Assembly: GCF_042408735.1 (NCBI RefSeq)
Contig: NZ_JBHOQV010000156.1
Coordinates: 78,442 to 142,441, forward strand
Source of the DNA: Thermogemmatispora sp.
Lineage (GTDB): Bacteria > Chloroflexota > Ktedonobacteria > Ktedonobacterales > Ktedonobacteraceae
Reading direction: 5' to 3'
Length of the DNA stretch: 64,000 nucleotides
The notes beneath the pieces were generated by a model. The model did not search any database and was not told where the DNA came from. It was given only the letters and a program-made list of their open reading frames with translations. The position numbers and the translations under genes were made by a program. Position 1 is the first letter of the stretch. Every line of letters begins with the position of its first letter. Shown in pieces: positions 60,196 through 64,000 of the stretch.

Positions 60196-61086
60196 ATGGA
60201 GGTACAGATTGAGCGCCACCTTCTCCAGGTCAATGGGCTGCGGCTGAGCCTGCTGGAGGCCCGCCCAACAGACCAGAGGACTCAGCCGGCGCTGGTCCTG
60301 CTGCACGGCTTCACGGGAAGCGCTCTCGGCTGGGGCCCCTTCCTTGAGGAGTTCGCCGCCGCCGGCTGGCGGGTCATCGCCCTTGATCTGCACGGCCACG
60401 GCCTCTCGGAGGCCCCTGCTGATCCTCGGCGCTATAGCATGGAGCACTGCCGCGCCGATTTGCTCGAGGCCCTTCGCCAGCTCGGGATCGCTCCCGCTCA
60501 GGCCATTTTGCTGGGCTACTCGCTCGGTGGACGTATCGCGCTCTATTGCTCCTTCTCGGGCTTCTTCCGCGCGCTCATTCTGGAAAGCGCTTCGCCAGGC
60601 ATCGCCGATCCCCAGGAGCGCGAGCTGCGCCGGCGTCATGACGAGGCGCTGGCCGCCAGCCTCGAGCGCGAGGGCCTGGCGGCCTTCGTGACGCGCTGGG
60701 AACAGCAGCCGCTCTTTGCCAGCCAGCAGCGCCTGCCCGCGGAAAAGCGAGCCGCTCTGCGTGCCCAACGTCTGGCCAATCGACCGGAGGGCCTGGCCGG
60801 CAGCCTGCGCGGCGTCGGGACTGGCGTCCAGCCCCCGCTGCATGCTCGCTTGCCGGAGCTGCAGCTGCCAGTCCTGTTGATTTGCGGGGCCTTAGACGAA
60901 AAGTTCTGCGCCATCGGCCAGGAGATGGCTCAACGCTTACCCCACGCCACCCTGGCTATTGTGCCCGAGGCCGGCCACACCGTTCATCTGGAACAGCCCA
61001 GACGTTTCGCCGAGCTGGTTCTCTCTTTCTGCTCTTCTCTACCGGCCTCGGACACGCCTGAACGTCAGGCTACCTCGTTTCAGTAG
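60196..61086 (+). CDS. menH: SHCHC synthase (alpha/beta hydrolase)
   Basis: LHGFTG, GYSLGG, GALDEKF, AGHTVH. Confidence 0.88.
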   Translation: MEVQIERHLLQVNGLRLSLLEARPTDQRTQPALVLLHGFTGSALGWGPFLEEFAAAGWRVIALDLHGHGLSEAPADPRRYSMEHCRADLLEALRQLGIAPAQAILLGYSLGGRIALYCSFSGFFRALILESASPGIADPQERELRRRHDEALAASLEREGLAAFVTRWEQQPLFASQQRLPAEKRAALRAQRLANRPEGLAGSLRGVGTGVQPPLHARLPELQLPVLLICGALDEKFCAIGQEMAQRLPHATLAIVPEAGHTVHLEQPRRFAELVLSFCSSLPASDTPERQATSFQ

Positions 61087-61122
61087 CGCATATCAAGGGA
61101 GAAAGGGGAATTTTCAGAATCT

Positions 61123-61941
61123 ATGTCCATCAACTGGCAAAAGGTCTGCGATTATCAGGACATTATTTTCGAAAAGGCCGAGGGCATCGGCAAGATCACC
61201 ATCAACCGCCCAGAAGTTCATAACGCTTTCCGCCCAGAGACCCTGAGCGAGATGATCGACGCCTTCAACCGCTGTCGCGAGGACCCCGAGATCGGGGTGG
61301 TGATCTTGACGGGGGCCGGCACGAAAGCCTTCTGCTCGGGAGGCGACCAGCGCGTGCGCGGCGAGGGTGGCTATGTCGATCAGGGCGGGGTGCCGCGTCT
61401 CAACGCCCTCGATCTGCAGAAGGTTATTAAGTATCTGCCCAAGCCCGTCATCGCGATGGTCGCCGGCTATGCCATCGGCGGCGGCCACGTGCTGCATGTG
61501 CTCTGCGACCTCACGATTGCCGCCGATAATGCGCGCTTCGGCCAGGCGGGGCCGCGCGTGGGCAGCTTCGACGCCGGCTGGGGCGCCACTATGCTGGCGC
61601 GTATCGTGGGCCATAAGAAGGCCCGCGAGATCTGGTATCTTTGTCGCCAGTATAGCGCTCAGGAAGCCTATGAGATGGGCCTGGTCAACAAGGTGGTGCC
61701 TTTGGAGCAGCTAGAGGAGGAGACCATCAAGTGGGCCAGGGAGCTGCTGGAGAAGAGTCCCACGGCTCTGCGCTTCTTGAAGGCAGCCTTCAATGCTGAT
61801 ACCGATGGCCTGGCCGGCCTGCAGGACCTGGCCGGCAACGCCACTATGCTGTTCTATATGACTGAGGAGGGCAAGGAAGGGCGCAACGCTTTCCTGGAGA
61901 AGCGCAAGCCGAATTTCTCCAAGTTCCCACGCCTGCCCTAG
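61123..61941 (+). CDS. menB: 1,4-dihydroxy-2-naphthoyl-CoA synthase
   Basis: FCSGGDQ, YAIGGG, GSFDAG, AREIW. Confidence 0.96.
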   Translation: MSINWQKVCDYQDIIFEKAEGIGKITINRPEVHNAFRPETLSEMIDAFNRCREDPEIGVVILTGAGTKAFCSGGDQRVRGEGGYVDQGGVPRLNALDLQKVIKYLPKPVIAMVAGYAIGGGHVLHVLCDLTIAADNARFGQAGPRVGSFDAGWGATMLARIVGHKKAREIWYLCRQYSAQEAYEMGLVNKVVPLEQLEEETIKWARELLEKSPTALRFLKAAFNADTDGLAGLQDLAGNATMLFYMTEEGKEGRNAFLEKRKPNFSKFPRLP

Positions 61942-61944
61942 CCC

Positions 61945-62390
61945 TGAGCCGCGAGCCGACTCCTTGAGGGCCTCCAGCCCATGCAGCACATCGGTCAGCA
62001 GCAAGTGCCCGCTGGCCCCGGCCCAGCGGCCGAGCGGGACCGGGATGTCCTGGCTGACGACGTCAAGGCAGCCGGCCTGGGTGAGCAGGTCTCCCAGTCG
62101 GTGCAGGACCTCCCTCTCAAAGCCCAACTGCCGGCTGATGCTGGTGAACCAGTCCAGCAGGCGCCGGGTGGCCGGTCCGGCAGGCTGGATGAGATCGCTG
62201 AGTTCCAACAACTCGATCCAGCCGCCCGAGCGGGTGACGCGCACCAGCTCCTGCACGACGGTGGGCCAGGCGCGGGCAGGAATGGCCGCCACGAGGAGGC
62301 CCTGATGGGTGTAGCAGAACTGGCCGGAGGGAAACGGGAGGCCCTCCAGGACGTTGGCCCGCACAAAGACGCAGGTGGGCGGGACCGGCT
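61945..62390 (-). pseudogene. C-terminal remnant of a class I SAM methyltransferase (paralogue of 55115-55930)
   Basis: VRANVLEGLPFPSGQFCYTHQ...ELVRVTRSGGWIELLE...IPVPLGRW. No SAM motif I upstream and no stop before the frame runs antisense into menB. Confidence 0.65.
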
Positions 62391-62959
62391 GCGGCAGGGA
62401 TTGGAGGGATCCAGGCGAGGCAAGCCGGGGCCGCGTCCCAGGACTGTTTGAGGGCCGGAGCCCCTGGCCGGTCTCTCGGCCTGACCGGAGAAAGGGGAGC
62501 GTCCTGAAGGCAGGTGAGCCGCGCCTGGCTCGGGGGAGCGCGCCCCGCCTGGTCCAGGCCAGGAGCGTCAAGGCCCTCGCTCCTGGCACGGTGCTTCCGG
62601 CAAGGCCCCTTCTGGAGCGAGGGAAGCCGGCCTCGGAGGCGAGGCCTCTCGTCAGGGGGAGGTGAGACCCAGTCGCAAGGGGGATCACAGAGCCAGCTCC
62701 TGACCAGGCTGGGATGGTGGTTGCTCCGTTCCCTCACACGTGCTCCATGCTCCTGCCGTGGTGCCACCGGCGCTGGGACCTGACCGTCGAAGACAGGGGG
62801 AAGGAAAGACACCGCGTCGGGGAGACCGGGAGACCTCCCCCCTCCACCATGGCCCATGTGAGGGCCTGATTCGAAACTCGTTCGAGGCCAGCGTCTGAGC
62901 CACTCCAGGCTGGCCCGATCGGGCCGAAGAGCTGCAGTTCTTGCCGCTGAAGTCATCTG

Positions 62960-63147
62960 AAAGAGGCTGGTGCTTCCTCGAAACTCGCCCCTTGAGCGCT
63001 GCAGCCAACGAGTTTCGAGGCGAGCCGTCAGAGAAGGGGAAATGAGGGGGGAAGCGGGAGATGGCGAGGCGCTCAGCTGCCAAAAACGGGGCCTGAATCG
63101 TTAGAGCAGATGGAAGATGTATCCCGGAGGGGTTTTCGAGGGGGTCG
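62960..63147 (+). promoter_or_regulatory. Probable CRISPR leader
   Basis: Non-coding segment directly 5' of the intact repeat. Contains a 12-bp inverted repeat (62976-62987/63009-63020). 5' limit approximate. Confidence 0.45.
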
Positions 63148-63266
63148 GTTGCAGAGGCTTCGATCCGCTTCAGGATACTGAAATTCATCTTTCTCTTCCA
63201 TATTTCGTACCGCCCGTTGCAGAGGCTTCGATCCGCTTCAGGATATAGAAATCAGGATACTGAAAT
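63148..63266 (+). CRISPR. Orphan CRISPR mini-array: two 37-nt repeats, one 31-nt spacer, plus a 14-nt partial repeat
   Basis: GTTGCAGAGGCTTCGATCCGCTTCAGGATACTGAAAT (63148-63184); spacer 63185-63215; second repeat with 2 substitutions (63216-63252); CAGGATACTGAAAT (63253-63266). ATCC/GGAT stem followed by an 8-nt tail. Confidence 0.8.
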
Positions 63267-63267
63267 T

Positions 63268-64000
63268 ATGCTCGATAGGCTGGCTGTCGAAGCTATTGAC
63301 TGGCAGTGCTACTGCCTGTCGCTGCGCGCCCCCTTCCGTACTGCTCACGGGCTGCTGACTGCCCGCAGGGGAGCAATCATCGAGGTGAAGGGGGCCGGCG
63401 GCAGCCTGCAAGGCTACGGAGAGCTGGCACCGCTGCCGCCCTTCAGTCCCCCGCTGGAGCGTACACTAGCCGCTCTGCCTACGCTGGCCAGCCGCCTGCA
63501 GGGTATGTCGCTGGCCGCCGCGCTGGCACTTCTTGAGAGGGAGCAGGAAAGGGCCGATAGCCACCTGCCAGCGCCGGTGACCTTCGCTCTGGAAGTTGCC
63601 TTGCTGGACCTGCAGGCCCGCGCTGCCAGACAAGGTCTGCTGGCCCCCTATGCCCGCAGCGCCGTTCCCGTCAACGCCGCGATTGGCGTTGCTGCTCCCC
63701 CCGAGGCCGCCCAGGCCGCTCGCCAGGCAGTGGCCTCCGGCTTTCGCTGCCTGAAGCTGAAGCTGGCAGGAGCCGGTAAGGAAGGAGAGGACCTGGAGCG
63801 CCTGGCGGCGGTGCGCGCCAGCATCGGCCAGAATATTACCCTGCGTCTGGATGCTAATGCGAGCTGGAGCCTTGCCCAAGCCGAACAGATGCTGCGCGCC
63901 TGCGCTCCCTATGGGGTCGAGTACGTCGAGCAACCGCTTGCCGCCGACGACCTGGAAGGACTGCGCCAGCTCCGTCGTCGCTCTCCCGTTCCCATCGCCG
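63268..64000 (+). CDS. menC: o-succinylbenzoate synthase, 3'-truncated by the window end (absent from the ORF track)
   Basis: MLDRLAV...LRAPFRTAHG...GELAPLPPFS...CLKLK...LRLDANASW...EYVEQP, all in one frame from ATG 63268. Confidence 0.9.
   Translation, partial: MLDRLAVEAIDWQCYCLSLRAPFRTAHGLLTARRGAIIEVKGAGGSLQGYGELAPLPPFSPPLERTLAALPTLASRLQGMSLAAALALLEREQERADSHLPAPVTFALEVALLDLQARAARQGLLAPYARSAVPVNAAIGVAAPPEAAQAARQAVASGFRCLKLKLAGAGKEGEDLERLAAVRASIGQNITLRLDANASWSLAQAEQMLRACAPYGVEYVEQPLAADDLEGLRQLRRRSPVPIA

Noticed and set aside
61711-62688. 325-aa ORF as an intact gene
   Set aside because: Only the middle resembles a methyltransferase. The N-terminus lacks SAM motif I and the C-terminus is antisense menB.
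62685-63188. 167-aa minus-strand ORF over the CRISPR leader
   Set aside because: Starts at the spacer/repeat junction, has no protein-like features, and crosses repeat and leader.
1-64000. Transposases, integrases, tRNA, rRNA and cas genes
   Set aside because: No recognisable motifs in the ORF track or the sequence.

Overview
GC-rich bacterial chromosome segment. The gene repertoire (repeated SAM-methyltransferase paralogues, pentapeptide-repeat and DUF4388-like proteins) suggests Chloroflexota/Ktedonobacteria, Thermogemmatispora-like; this is inference only. In order, the window holds: (1) the 3' part of a probable defence operon (5'-truncated pseudokinase-kinase-P-loop protein, a 579-aa partner and a 1706-aa nuclease-motif/HerA-type ATPase, resembling MADS mad6-7-8 / DndFGH); (2) pentapeptide, solute:sodium symporter, S9 peptidase and APC permease genes; (3) an amidohydrolase-DUF59-ADH cluster with a divergent IclR regulator; (4) fabG, a methyltransferase, a TenA-like gene and xylB/xylA-like genes; (5) a ~0.9-kb ORF-poor, helix-dense region behind a consensus sigma70 promoter, which is the best candidate for an undescribed large structured ncRNA; (6) a livKHMGF ABC operon; (7) a SWIM-DUF5691-MoxR-DUF5682-VWA (yeh-like) module; (8) a flavoprotein disulfide reductase; and (9) menF-D-H-B-C. 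The men operon is interrupted between menB and menC by a methyltransferase remnant and an orphan one-spacer CRISPR mini-array whose last partial repeat ends 1 nt before the menC start codon. All family assignments come from motif recognition by eye; no searches were run.
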